Under the pieces are notes generated by a model. It did not search any database. It saw nothing but the letters and a program-made list of their open reading frames with translations, and had not been told where the DNA came from. From positions 1 through 36,061 of the IMG/VR virus record IMGVR_UViG_3300025293_000017: a DNA stretch of 36,061 nucleotides; one strand, 5' to 3'. This document shows positions 9,901 to 17,589 of this stretch, piece after piece. How positions within the stretch are numbered: the first letter of the stretch is position 1; each line of letters opens with the position of its first letter. This DNA is from a virus (taxonomy: Duplodnaviria; Caudoviricetes). Made by a program: the position numbers and the translations under genes.

Positions 9901-10309
9901 TGGTGTTGAGTGCCTCGCCACCGAAGGTCTGCATCATGCGACTAGCTTCAATGATGGGGCCAGTCTCGAACGGTGTTTTCTTAGCGAACTCGAATAGGCC
10001 TTTCACATGCTCTTCGGCCTTTTCAGCATCGCCCATTAAGGTGGCAAATTGCAGGGTCGAGGTTTCCAGGGTGGCGTTCATGTTGATCGCTGAACTCGCG
10101 GCACCACTCATCGCTCGTGCGGCTCCACCAACGACTGCCGTCACACCACTGATGACTGCTTGCGCCCCAATGAACCCGCCCATTGTGCCGAGTGCTGTTT
10201 TGGTTGCACCACGAAACATGCCCATCTTCTTGGTCGCAGTATTTAGCTGCTTGGACATCTTATCGTCCAACTCTAGCTTTGCTTCGATGGTGCCGACGTT
10301 TACTGCCAT
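6959..10309 (-). CDS. Tail tape measure protein
   Basis: 1116 aa, Ala/Gly-rich helical; FAKKTPFE tape-measure motif; C-terminal MAEGGIVTRPTAALIGEAGPEAVIPL. Confidence 0.93.
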   Translation of the reverse strand: MAVNVGTIEAKLELDDKMSKQLNTATKKMGMFRGATKTALGTMGGFIGAQAVISGVTAVVGGAARAMSGAASSAINMNATLETSTLQFATLMGDAEKAEEHVKGLFEFAKKTPFETGPIIEASRMMQTFGGEALNTKANLQLLGDASAATGAPIDQLGFWVGRLHSQLQSGKPFGEAAMRLQELAVLSPKARDEMEKLQKAGASASEVYAAFQGDLEKFTGGMVKQAATWEGVTSTLKDVIELTLADALKPLFEFAREGVSQLNTVLSNPALEEIPNKIAEALRGAFGGDMQGAVAKFAKMVVGAFKVLLQAIRLVKPGLATVVFTFRAFAVVALSVAEVLNQVALGIAHIINMTPGLRGSMDNTISILSEWADGLDSLNDKQQEQVVESGKNIFSQNGLTRAIDGTIDVLDDMMVGFDQAAEASRNAEEATSDIAEVISREVAPAVELLTENQQKLKDGLRGAIAPARDWIAVLENVGGVAALTEAQTTTMTEQLGTAMRQMKAAGEEPDQAMFQWWVQGMDRAKNVTEQSVADMLVAFNELHAHKMFGGVEAFAPSMGIGGLGLPTLPPEPAISAGSVWATGFTKGWQTIIKDIPQTVTDAFTGGGGALGAIKAIGSQFGSELVGSLFGSFGGKDKEGEEASGGIMGMISGLAGPIGMAIGALAGPLIGGLVKLFGKPSVAESVSKTAEKMFGKSLSEGLSKAIEKTRENTASDFGAMMMHMSDIIEEMGGVAAMGMEKAIRRVRDIFSAVEQGAITTAQAAETFGESFNLLATELVESGGIASAQFVELITLAEKFGTTAETLKFVGEQSKIVAEGVAAIAASGVKSKGELEDLGLMAVASFESALAAGMSFTEAVKAHGPAIDAVIKAQEDLGLTSDNIAIQELARFQERIQANATLVTAVEALDGTMLALSRTGALNADTLAAMERQGLRMYDKLIKSGFSQHQAIMMMGPALKTIMEAHNKLGIPIDENTKKLIDQARQAGTLEDKQKSGWAAVESAVLKVVNSLDRFIDRISGIDRGLRGLPSEITTRINIIEQVKKATSKYGGGNFPGMAEGGIVTRPTAALIGEAGPEAVIPLEQLGDKELLDELRGVRTDLRNMPIMLRDAIILAQ

Positions 10310-10311
10310 AG

Positions 10312-10479
10312 CTATCTCTTACGGTTCGAGGCTTGACGACGTTCTCGATCTTCTTGTCTAAACATCTTCATCAATGGGTCGATATAGCTTTCTGGAAGCG
10401 CACAGTACTCAGCCCACGACCAACGCATCCGTCGCATGATGCTTAGGTCTGCTTCCGCTTGCGCGAGGAAGGCTTCACT
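10312..10479 (-). CDS. gpT-like extension of the tail assembly chaperone (-1 frame)
   Basis: Not in the ORF track. The -1 frame after the A8 run reads SEAFLAQAEADLSIMRRMRWSWAEYCALPESYIDPLMKMFRQEDRERRQASNRKR*, ending 2 nt before the tape measure ATG. Confidence 0.8.
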   Translation of the reverse strand, partial: SEAFLAQAEADLSIMRRMRWSWAEYCALPESYIDPLMKMFRQEDRERRQASNRKR

Positions 10480-10871
10480 TTTTTTTCCTCTGTTGACGCC
10501 CTTTCATGCTCATCGAGGGCATTGTCGATAATGTCAAACAGGCCTTGATGAAGCGATTCCAGTGTTTCACGCGACACTGTCATACGCTTGTCTTGACCAT
10601 TCATCAGTGACCAGTCCAAGAGATACGTCTCTGCTCTAGCGAAGCTGTACTCCGTCCACTCAAATTGAGCCTCCGGTGCTGCGGCCTCCTTAGCTTTAGC
10701 CGAAATCATAGGAGCCGTCACCTTGCTGATGCTTTTCAGCATTCGACGCTGTTCACCAACTGACAGACGTTTCTTGGCCTTAATCCAGAACGGACGATCT
10801 GTTCCTTCAAGGTCTGTCCAGTTCAGTTCGATCTTGACTTCTTCGGGTTCAACGACCCACGGATTAGACAT
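10443..10871 (-). CDS. Tail assembly chaperone (gpG-like)
   Basis: Position before tape measure; AAGGAG RBS supports ATG 10871; ends in EEKK slippery site. Confidence 0.8.
   Translation of the reverse strand: MSNPWVVEPEEVKIELNWTDLEGTDRPFWIKAKKRLSVGEQRRMLKSISKVTAPMISAKAKEAAAPEAQFEWTEYSFARAETYLLDWSLMNGQDKRMTVSRETLESLHQGLFDIIDNALDEHERASTEEKKVKPSSRKRKQT
10479..10487 (-). other. Programmed -1 ribosomal frameshift site (GAA AAA AAA)
   Basis: A AAA AAA heptamer in X XXY YYZ register at the chaperone 3' end. Confidence 0.8.
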
Positions 10872-11169
10872 TCGCTGGCACTCCTTTCTCAATACTTGGT
10901 GGCCCTTCGACTTCAATAACCAGGCGAGACTCCGTTAGCTTCTCGCCAACAACTACGCCGTTCCAGACCCACCGATTCGACCCAAACTCCAACCACACAT
11001 CTAGCGGTGAGCGAGAGGCCCACGGCTCATGTCGGGATACGACAGAGCCGGAGAGCCTGAATCGCTGAGTATGTGGGAGTATGAGAACGGGTTCAAGTTT
11101 CCAGTCGCCAAGACAAGCAGCAACTTGATACTTGAACCGCAGGAGGCCCGATTTTCCGGTCGCCCTCAT
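10864..11169 (-). CDS. Hypothetical tail-module protein
   Basis: 101-aa beta-rich ORF filling the gap between tail tube and chaperone. Confidence 0.55.
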   Translation of the reverse strand: MRATGKSGLLRFKYQVAACLGDWKLEPVLILPHTQRFRLSGSVVSRHEPWASRSPLDVWLEFGSNRWVWNGVVVGEKLTESRLVIEVEGPPSIEKGVPANV

Positions 11170-11178
11170 CAGGGAATT

Positions 11179-11592
11179 TTATGTCGCGGCAGTCGCCCGT
11201 GCCACATCACTCGCTGACTGAATCGTCACCGGAGCATCGAGGAGGCTTCCCACTGACCCGCCCTGCGGCTGATACGAATCAATCACGCCAATTGCTGAGA
11301 AGCGCGGATTGATTGCCGTCGAGCAGATGGCCTGGGGTCGCCACTCATAACAGGCCGTCGTTCCCACCAGGCTGAACAGCGTCGCGTCAACATTGGCAGC
11401 GGTGTAGTCTTGGTGAAAATTCACGTCAAGACTCCAGGTTTTGAGACCGCCCTTATTGATACGGGTGTCGTCACCCATCGCGGTTTCATCCTGTACCTCA
11501 CTCCCGTAGTTGAACGTCAACGATTCAACGTGGTCGCTCAGGTCTACGCCATTCACCTCGAATAGCGCGTTCTTGTAAATGATTGTTGCCAT
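11179..11592 (-). CDS. Tail tube (major tail) protein
   Basis: GAGGAG RBS; VNGVDLSDHV...DETAMGDDTR..GGL..WSLDVNFHQDY tube-type pattern. Confidence 0.8.
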   Translation of the reverse strand: MATIIYKNALFEVNGVDLSDHVESLTFNYGSEVQDETAMGDDTRINKGGLKTWSLDVNFHQDYTAANVDATLFSLVGTTACYEWRPQAICSTAINPRFSAIGVIDSYQPQGGSVGSLLDAPVTIQSASDVARATAAT

Positions 11593-11614
11593 TTGCCTAT
11601 ACTCCTCTTGGTTG

Positions 11615-11986
11615 TTATTGAATCCCCATAGACGCTAGAAATTTCTGTCCACCGCTTGTCGTGGGTTCCCAATTTGCTCGCCAGAACTGTCTGTGTGTGC
11701 TGGTGACATTTGCTGTAGTCAGTGGCGTTGGCCATTCACCCACACGACATGATGCACTAGTGAACTCCACATGGCAGGTGAACTTCCCGCTTCCGAACCC
11801 ACTGGATGATGACCCTTGAATCCGCACCTTGATTTCACCTGCTGTAGATGACGACAGAATATGAAGAGCCGCATATAACGATGTCCCTGCATAGACGCCA
11901 CCGATGTCATAGGCTGTCCCATATCCGCAGGTTGATACCGCCGTGCCGGATGCGTCCTTTAAGGGTGTGACTCGTGCGATTGCCAT
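11615..11986 (-). CDS. Ser/Thr-rich beta-sandwich virion protein
   Basis: LYAALHIL...VRIQGS...FWRANW beta pattern; about 25% Ser+Thr by hand count. Confidence 0.6.
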   Translation of the reverse strand: MAIARVTPLKDASGTAVSTCGYGTAYDIGGVYAGTSLYAALHILSSSTAGEIKVRIQGSSSSGFGSGKFTCHVEFTSASCRVGEWPTPLTTANVTSTHRQFWRANWEPTTSGGQKFLASMGIQ

Positions 11987-11989
11987 AAG

Positions 11990-12391
11990 CTATGCCTCGA
12001 TACCGCGACCTTCGATGGTCACGTTAAATGTAAGAAGTTCACCAACACCACCGCCGACCGTGAACTCCGAGATCACGCCTTTGAACGCAAAGCCGCCAGG
12101 GGCCGAATCGCCCACGGTCACGCCGTTGGCATAAAGACTCACCACCTTGTCGTCTGTTCCCATCAGTCCAAAGTACGCATCATCGGCAAGATTCGGTGCC
12201 GAGTTCTCCCAAAAGCCTGAACCCGTCACGCTGACGACCTGGAGACCACCTTTATTGATTCTCGTATCATCTCCAAAGCTCGTTTCGTCCTGCATTTCGG
12301 CAGAGTATTCGAGTGTTAATTCTGAATGTGCCGTCGATAGATCGTAGCCATCAATGAAAATGTTTGCGTCTTTATAAATGAGCGTTGCCAT
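11990..12391 (-). CDS. Tail tube-like protein, paralogue of 11179-11592
   Basis: Shares MAT(L/I)IYK, G.DLS and QDETxxGDDTRINKGGL with 11179-11592. Confidence 0.75.
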   Translation of the reverse strand: MATLIYKDANIFIDGYDLSTAHSELTLEYSAEMQDETSFGDDTRINKGGLQVVSVTGSGFWENSAPNLADDAYFGLMGTDDKVVSLYANGVTVGDSAPGGFAFKGVISEFTVGGGVGELLTFNVTIEGRGIEA

Positions 12392-12400
12392 AGTTATATC

Positions 12401-12799
12401 CTAAGCCGTGAGGTCTTTCACAATGCGATAATTACAGGCAATCCGTGTCCGTTCCTGATCGTCACGTTCAAGCATGAACGGCGACTGCAAGGCTTCGATA
12501 TACAGATACCGCGTGCCGTTGATAGTTGTCTGATACAGTCCATCCAATAAATCGAAACACTGATCGGCCGTTGTTCGAGCCGTTGAATAACTGGTCGAAC
12601 GAGTCACCACCTGAATCGACGGTTGCTCCGCGAGTGCTGTGCCAGGCGACCCACTCATCCCATGCACCGCAGGTGATCCTCCTGTTTCGTAAATCGTCAC
12701 CACGGTACTCGGATCACTCGGTTGCCGCCCTCGATAGATGGCAGTCGTCACACCAGAGGTCGTCAGATAGTCGTCCATGTCAGTCAATAATAATGCCAT
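12401..12799 (-). CDS. Tail terminator / tail completion protein
   Basis: IYETGG...EQPSIQVVTRS...Q.PFMLERD..ERTRIACNY pattern; position before tail tube. Confidence 0.75.
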   Translation of the reverse strand: MALLLTDMDDYLTTSGVTTAIYRGRQPSDPSTVVTIYETGGSPAVHGMSGSPGTALAEQPSIQVVTRSTSYSTARTTADQCFDLLDGLYQTTINGTRYLYIEALQSPFMLERDDQERTRIACNYRIVKDLTA

Positions 12800-12801
12800 C
12801 G

Positions 12802-13122
12802 TCAGACCGCCACGAATCCTGCCAAGCGCATGACATCCAAGGCGCGTACCTGAATCATCTTCGGTGTTGTATCACGTTCGGTCGAGTGTGCCAGATTCGT
12901 CACTTCAAGGGCTACCAGTTCCGCATAGGGTGTTAATTCCATCTCGCCCTTGTCATCCATGTGAAAGAGTCGATCTACTGCAATCGCAGACGTTAGAAAA
13001 TGGTCATAGACCAAGCCGCATAATTCCGGATCGTGTGACTCCTTCAACGTCGCCACCATCGTCCGCATCACGCTATCGGTGTGCGGAGAAAAGCTAATCG
13101 TCGCAGAGCAAGTCGAAGTCAT
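12802..13122 (-). CDS. Hypothetical protein in the neck module
   Basis: 106-aa ORF with ATGA overlap upstream and 2-nt gap downstream. Confidence 0.5.
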   Translation of the reverse strand: MTSTCSATISFSPHTDSVMRTMVATLKESHDPELCGLVYDHFLTSAIAVDRLFHMDDKGEMELTPYAELVALEVTNLAHSTERDTTPKMIQVRALDVMRLAGFVAV

Positions 13123-13562
13123 TTGCTTGAAAGGTTCGCTTTCACCCAGCCTCTATAGATCCGGTTTGCAACCTTCTTTCCAATAGTGTCTTTCACGGCC
13201 ATGAGTGGCTTTTCAAGATATTTCGACTGACCTCGCCCTTGATGTTTCAGTTTCATCGAGACCGCTCGACCTTTTTTTCTATCCCAATGTAAATCTTCAT
13301 GCTGGAACATCGCGTATTCGGTGTTATAGCCCATCTCCACCGTGAACGTGTTTGCTTTGTGTGTCGGTTGTTCGACGTGTCCACTCGATCGAAGAGGGTT
13401 GTCGTCGACCGGCACGATGCGCTTCGATGCCGTCATGATGAGTTCGGCTTCCGTATAGAGAGCTTGTCCAATCAATGTGTCGTTCAGGTGTTCCAATTTA
13501 TTCAAGTTCTTTACTACGTTCCTCACACCTGTTAACGAAAAGCCCTTCCCTTTCGTTGCCAT
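13119..13562 (-). CDS. HK97 gp10-like neck protein
   Basis: SKRIVPVDDNPLRSSG...YNTEYAMFQHE...QSKYLEKP; start placed at the TAATG overlap. Confidence 0.75.
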   Translation of the reverse strand: MATKGKGFSLTGVRNVVKNLNKLEHLNDTLIGQALYTEAELIMTASKRIVPVDDNPLRSSGHVEQPTHKANTFTVEMGYNTEYAMFQHEDLHWDRKKGRAVSMKLKHQGRGQSKYLEKPLMAVKDTIGKKVANRIYRGWVKANLSSK

Positions 13563-13906
13563 TACTTGAGCCAAATCTTCGTATGATGGAATCCGCTCTG
13601 GTCTGGCACATGATTTACTGCCAGAATGGTCGGACTCACGATCTCTTGTCCTGTGGACGCCACATCACCAGTCGAGAGCGTCACACGGTCGCCAGCCCCG
13701 ATTTTCACGTTGCTGCCGAGGTAGATGTGCGACCTTGAAAAGACTTCCTGCCCAGTCCAATCTACGACGTTCTCAGCCCGTCCAACGATACGAGCCTTAT
13801 AGGACACGTCTGCACCAAAAGAAGGCTCTCCAAAGTCATTCAGTGAGCTTCTAGGGGCAATGCTGACCGACTGGGGCATCATGTCGAACCATCGGCTCAC
13901 AGACAT
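13562..13906 (-). CDS. Head closure / head-tail adaptor
   Basis: NDFGEPSFG...GQEVFS...GDRVTL pattern; TGATG overlap with the connector gene. Confidence 0.7.
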   Translation of the reverse strand: MSVSRWFDMMPQSVSIAPRSSLNDFGEPSFGADVSYKARIVGRAENVVDWTGQEVFSRSHIYLGSNVKIGAGDRVTLSTGDVASTGQEIVSPTILAVNHVPDQSGFHHTKIWLK

Positions 13907-14574
13907 CAGAAGTACCGCCTCCACGGGTCGATTAACTGGGTCGCCATGTCTTCGGTGCCTTCGGTTGCGTAGGTAATCGCCAAGTCTCCAACCTTCTTAC
14001 TTTTCACCACGCCCTCGGCGTTGATATACAACTGCCGTGCCTTGATCATCGTGGCACGAATAATCTCCTGGGGCATCGTTGCTACCGTTGACGTGACCGC
14101 ATAGGTATCGGTATCGGTGGAACTCGACCCGCTCGTATTCAGGAATCCGGCTTCGTATTCCACCAACCAGGGTGCGGTCTCGGAATTCGGAATCGGGGTG
14201 TAGGTGATATTCCAGTAATTCTGGGCCGTCCACTGCCATCCGCGATCCCGATTTAAGAAACCACCATCCAGATCGACACGATAATCGGTGCTGCACAACT
14301 CAGTCGCGTCACCCGTATCGGTCGCGCTAAAGACGCGACGGACACCGCGAATTGGCGTTCTGGAGAGAGACAGATTGACACCGCCAAAGGCTTTGACGGT
14401 TTCAGAATAAACGGCTCGATGTAAAGGTTGGCCGATATAATTAGCTGTCCACCGGCTCGCGGCGAGATGCGCTTCGTCGATCCCACACGAACTCGCGGTC
14501 ACACCAATGACGCGCATCAGTTCGTCCATTGTCCCGATCAGTTCGTTTGTCGAACTGGCGCATACTGTGATCAC
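13906..14574 (-). CDS. Head-tail connector protein with Ser/Thr-rich insertions
   Basis: VEYEAGF...MPQEIIRA...VKSKKVGDLAITY...LIDPWRR connector pattern. Confidence 0.75.
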   Translation of the reverse strand: MITVCASSTNELIGTMDELMRVIGVTASSCGIDEAHLAASRWTANYIGQPLHRAVYSETVKAFGGVNLSLSRTPIRGVRRVFSATDTGDATELCSTDYRVDLDGGFLNRDRGWQWTAQNYWNITYTPIPNSETAPWLVEYEAGFLNTSGSSSTDTDTYAVTSTVATMPQEIIRATMIKARQLYINAEGVVKSKKVGDLAITYATEGTEDMATQLIDPWRRYF

Positions 14575-14575
14575 T

Positions 14576-15397
14576 CTACTGCTCCGTCATGATTGGAATG
14601 TTCGCACCCCTCGCCCGAAGCTCGGCAACCTGCTTCACATATTCAATCTCTTGCAAGGCTCCGTCGAGAGTGGCGGCACTCGCCATGTGTTTGTTCTTGG
14701 CGGCTCGTAAGGCATCGATACGCAGGGTCAGTTCTTCAAGGTTCGGCATCGGCCCCGTGCCTGGGTGTTTCGCGTAGCCATACCGATGGGTCTGAGTCAG
14801 CAAGGCGCATGACTGCGGGATATTGAGGTCAATGCCTTTCCCGTGGGCCACGCCAAGCCAGAACTCAACACATGCCTTCTGGACTTCGTATTCCGTACCA
14901 ACCACCAAGTCAATCCCGTAGAGATGAATCTTGCCGAACCCTTCGCTAATTGCTAGGGCCACCATATAGGCAACCGTCGAGGTGAAGTAATCCGATGCCG
15001 AGGCAATCATGCGTTCAATCGGAAACCGGATGGAGGTCGGCAGGTCAGGATTGCGTTCGACCATATAGATCGGAATCCCGCACTCTCTCAGCCACTTCGG
15101 ATGGTCGGTGCCTTCCACGTTATCTTCAGTCCAGTTCCGATGAATATCGAACCATCGGTCGGCGCGGTCAATATGTCGATACAGTTGATTGAGGCCCCAT
15201 ATCTCGACACGCTTATCATCAAACGGAATCAGGTGCCGTGTGCTTGAGGCGAATCCACAGATGGCAACTTCTGATCGCGGAGGATTGACTTCGACAATGG
15301 CCTCATCGCCATCAATGACCTTCGGATGGGCTGCACAAGGATGATCTGGATTAACACCCACACTCTCGGCTACTGCATCAGTGACATGACTACTCAT
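14576..15397 (-). CDS. Putative Maf/DUF115 (sialyltransferase-like) glycosyltransferase, copy A
   Basis: VAICGFASS...IWGLN...DRWFDIH...STVAYMVALAISEGFGKIHLYGIDL; C-terminal coiled coil. Confidence 0.6.
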   Translation of the reverse strand: MSSHVTDAVAESVGVNPDHPCAAHPKVIDGDEAIVEVNPPRSEVAICGFASSTRHLIPFDDKRVEIWGLNQLYRHIDRADRWFDIHRNWTEDNVEGTDHPKWLRECGIPIYMVERNPDLPTSIRFPIERMIASASDYFTSTVAYMVALAISEGFGKIHLYGIDLVVGTEYEVQKACVEFWLGVAHGKGIDLNIPQSCALLTQTHRYGYAKHPGTGPMPNLEELTLRIDALRAAKNKHMASAATLDGALQEIEYVKQVAELRARGANIPIMTEQ

Positions 15398-15639
15398 TGG
15401 TTTCCTTTGCGTTTGGCGGTAGAGACACGACGACGCACTCGCGCCTGTCGATGTTTCGGTGGGGTAGGTGGTGCGGCGGTGTGGACTGAGGAATCTGACC
15501 GCAGAGCAGTCGCTTTGACACGACCACTCTGGATCAGAGATTCCGCTACGTCATCATCGACACCAAGAGCTTCACCGCACCTGTAATGCACACCGGCTAA
15601 CGCTAAAGCTCTCCCGACAACAATCACCCGCATCGCCAA
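15394..15639 (-). CDS. Small basic hypothetical protein after the capsid genes
   Basis: GEALGVDDDVAESLIQSGRV motif typical of short post-capsid ORFs; ATGA overlap with the next gene. Confidence 0.55.
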   Translation of the reverse strand: MAMRVIVVGRALALAGVHYRCGEALGVDDDVAESLIQSGRVKATALRSDSSVHTAAPPTPPKHRQARVRRRVSTAKRKGNQ

Positions 15640-15653
15640 AGTCTAGCACTTCA

Positions 15654-16256
15654 CTACGCCGTTGTCTTAACAACAACTCCGGTGGACGTGCTATTCGGCA
15701 ATGACTCTGCCGCATCACCCAACGCCAACGCACCAGCGATCCGAAGCACGCTGCCACCTGACGATGATGCGTGAACTTCTGGAAGCAGGTTGACACTCAA
15801 GAATCGCTGTGCGCCTGTCAGCGCATACGTTCCAAGATCGCCATACCATACGGCTGTTCCGGTGCTGGTTGAAATTCCTGCATCGGTAGACATCCGGCCT
15901 GAGGCATTGCCTGTGCTGGTTGCTGTCGTGTTGGTGACAATATACAAGCCCTGCAAGCCCTTACGGTCTGCGGTGGACAACTCATTGAAGTCGCCAACAC
16001 AGGTCGTCGATGAGTGCATCATCTTGACTTGGAAGCCGACGAATCCGCTATCCACCGTCGTGGTGCCAATCTCGCCAACAGCCGTCATCACCGCTTTCAC
16101 GGAGTTGAAGCTATTCCCAAGACCCACTCTATCAACGATGAGGCCCATCACCTCATTGCCAGTGCTGGATGCGTTCACACTTCCACAGCTTGCGTCGAAT
16201 GTGTGGTGTTCTAGCACTGAGAACTGCGCTGTCTGACTTAATCCTCTATTGATCAT
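15654..16256 (-). CDS. Capsid decoration / cement-like protein, Ser/Thr-rich
   Basis: Immediately follows the major capsid gene, own GGAGAGG RBS; beta-rich; about 50/200 Ser+Thr by hand count. Confidence 0.65.
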   Translation of the reverse strand: MINRGLSQTAQFSVLEHHTFDASCGSVNASSTGNEVMGLIVDRVGLGNSFNSVKAVMTAVGEIGTTTVDSGFVGFQVKMMHSSTTCVGDFNELSTADRKGLQGLYIVTNTTATSTGNASGRMSTDAGISTSTGTAVWYGDLGTYALTGAQRFLSVNLLPEVHASSSGGSVLRIAGALALGDAAESLPNSTSTGVVVKTTA

Positions 16257-16286
16257 GATTCAACCTCTCCACTTATTCAGTGCTAA

Positions 16287-17564
16287 TTAAAAGTCTCCAG
16301 GTGCCCAATCGACTCCCGTGAGAACCGCAATGGCTGCGTCGTGTCGCATTCCAAAGTCATGCTCTGAGATGGCACGCACGACCGTCTGATCCTGCGAGTA
16401 GGCAGCGATGACGTTTGACCCGTCATGGTAGGCTGCCGTATCACTAGCACTGACTTGAAGAGATGCGCTTTCACCGATGATGGCCTGACTAAAATCGACG
16501 AAGTAGATTTCGCTTTCATCGTTACTGCCAGCACCAGTCGTGTCAAGTGTGATCGGAATACTGGTAGTGCTTCGAAATGGGAAGCCCCACAGTGTTCCTC
16601 CAGCCATCTCATCTCGGAAGGCAGGAACGCCATTCGCGTTGAGAGCGGTCATCAACATCTGCTCCGTGCGTGGCGCGAAAAGCCACCCTGGGGTAGTCAT
16701 CGGCACGTTGCCTTCTTGTAACGCCAACACCAATTTGCCAAGGTCTTGGAAGGTGTTGACAAGACTGACCGTGCCATCAGCAGCAATCTTGTTGCCACCA
16801 GGACACCAACTGAGGAGTCCGCGAGGCGCACCATCAGTGCCGTCGCCTCGGATGAACTTCTGGTCTTCTTTGACGCGCATCCCTTCCACTAGGTCAGTCC
16901 GAACCACTTGGTCGGCTCCCGGTGAACTGTAGCGAATCAGGTCATTGCTAATCGGCGTCAGCACCGCGAGCTTCTTGAACGACAACTTGAGATTGCCGAA
17001 CACTTGCTCGCTCTCAGCGATGTTCGTGTTTTCGCCGATGTAGGCCGCTGTCGCCCCACTCGTGAGCTTCGGAATGTTCAGCGTTCCAGATCCCGCGATG
17101 GAAATCGTGGTGGCACCCATTGCACGCACTACCGACCGTGCGCGCAGCAGTTCGATGAGTTCTGTGCTGTATTCCTCTGGCACGAGAAATCCACCACTCG
17201 CCGCATCACCAGCCGACAGTGCTTTGGTGCGAGCCTCCTGCCACTTGTCGGCAAGGTCATCATCGCCCCATCGCTTGAGTTGACTAATCGCGCCATCAAC
17301 ACCAGCGTCGTTGAGCTTGGCCCAGGCTGTTGCACGAAGGCAACGAGCAAGAGCGACCCCTTTCTCCCGTTCCCGTTTCTGCGGAACGCTCGATGCGGCC
17401 ATAGCTTTCGTGGTCAGTGCCTCCGTTCGTTCTCGAATCGGAGCCACCGCTTTCTCAATGTTGTCTCGTACTAGCTCGGCCACATTGTTGTCGCAGAATT
17501 CCTTGATCTCAGGAACGACCTGTTCCTTGATGTGGTCGGTTAGCTGTTCTCTGGTCAATCGCAT
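16287..17564 (-). CDS. Major capsid protein, HK97 fold
   Basis: SGGFLVPEEYSTELIELLR, AAYIGEN, FIRGDGT...PRGLL, N-terminal delta-like region; GAGGTG RBS. Confidence 0.95.
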   Translation of the reverse strand: MRLTREQLTDHIKEQVVPEIKEFCDNNVAELVRDNIEKAVAPIRERTEALTTKAMAASSVPQKREREKGVALARCLRATAWAKLNDAGVDGAISQLKRWGDDDLADKWQEARTKALSAGDAASGGFLVPEEYSTELIELLRARSVVRAMGATTISIAGSGTLNIPKLTSGATAAYIGENTNIAESEQVFGNLKLSFKKLAVLTPISNDLIRYSSPGADQVVRTDLVEGMRVKEDQKFIRGDGTDGAPRGLLSWCPGGNKIAADGTVSLVNTFQDLGKLVLALQEGNVPMTTPGWLFAPRTEQMLMTALNANGVPAFRDEMAGGTLWGFPFRSTTSIPITLDTTGAGSNDESEIYFVDFSQAIIGESASLQVSASDTAAYHDGSNVIAAYSQDQTVVRAISEHDFGMRHDAAIAVLTGVDWAPGDF

Positions 17565-17589
17565 GTGTATTCACCTCTTGTTAGAAAAG

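Noticed and set aside
6999-10361. Long plus-strand ORFs opposite the tape measure gene (e.g. 365 aa at 7656-8753), and similar ones opposite the capsid and portal genes
   Set aside because: Low-complexity Ser/Pro/Ala shadow frames expected from the codon bias of the real gene.
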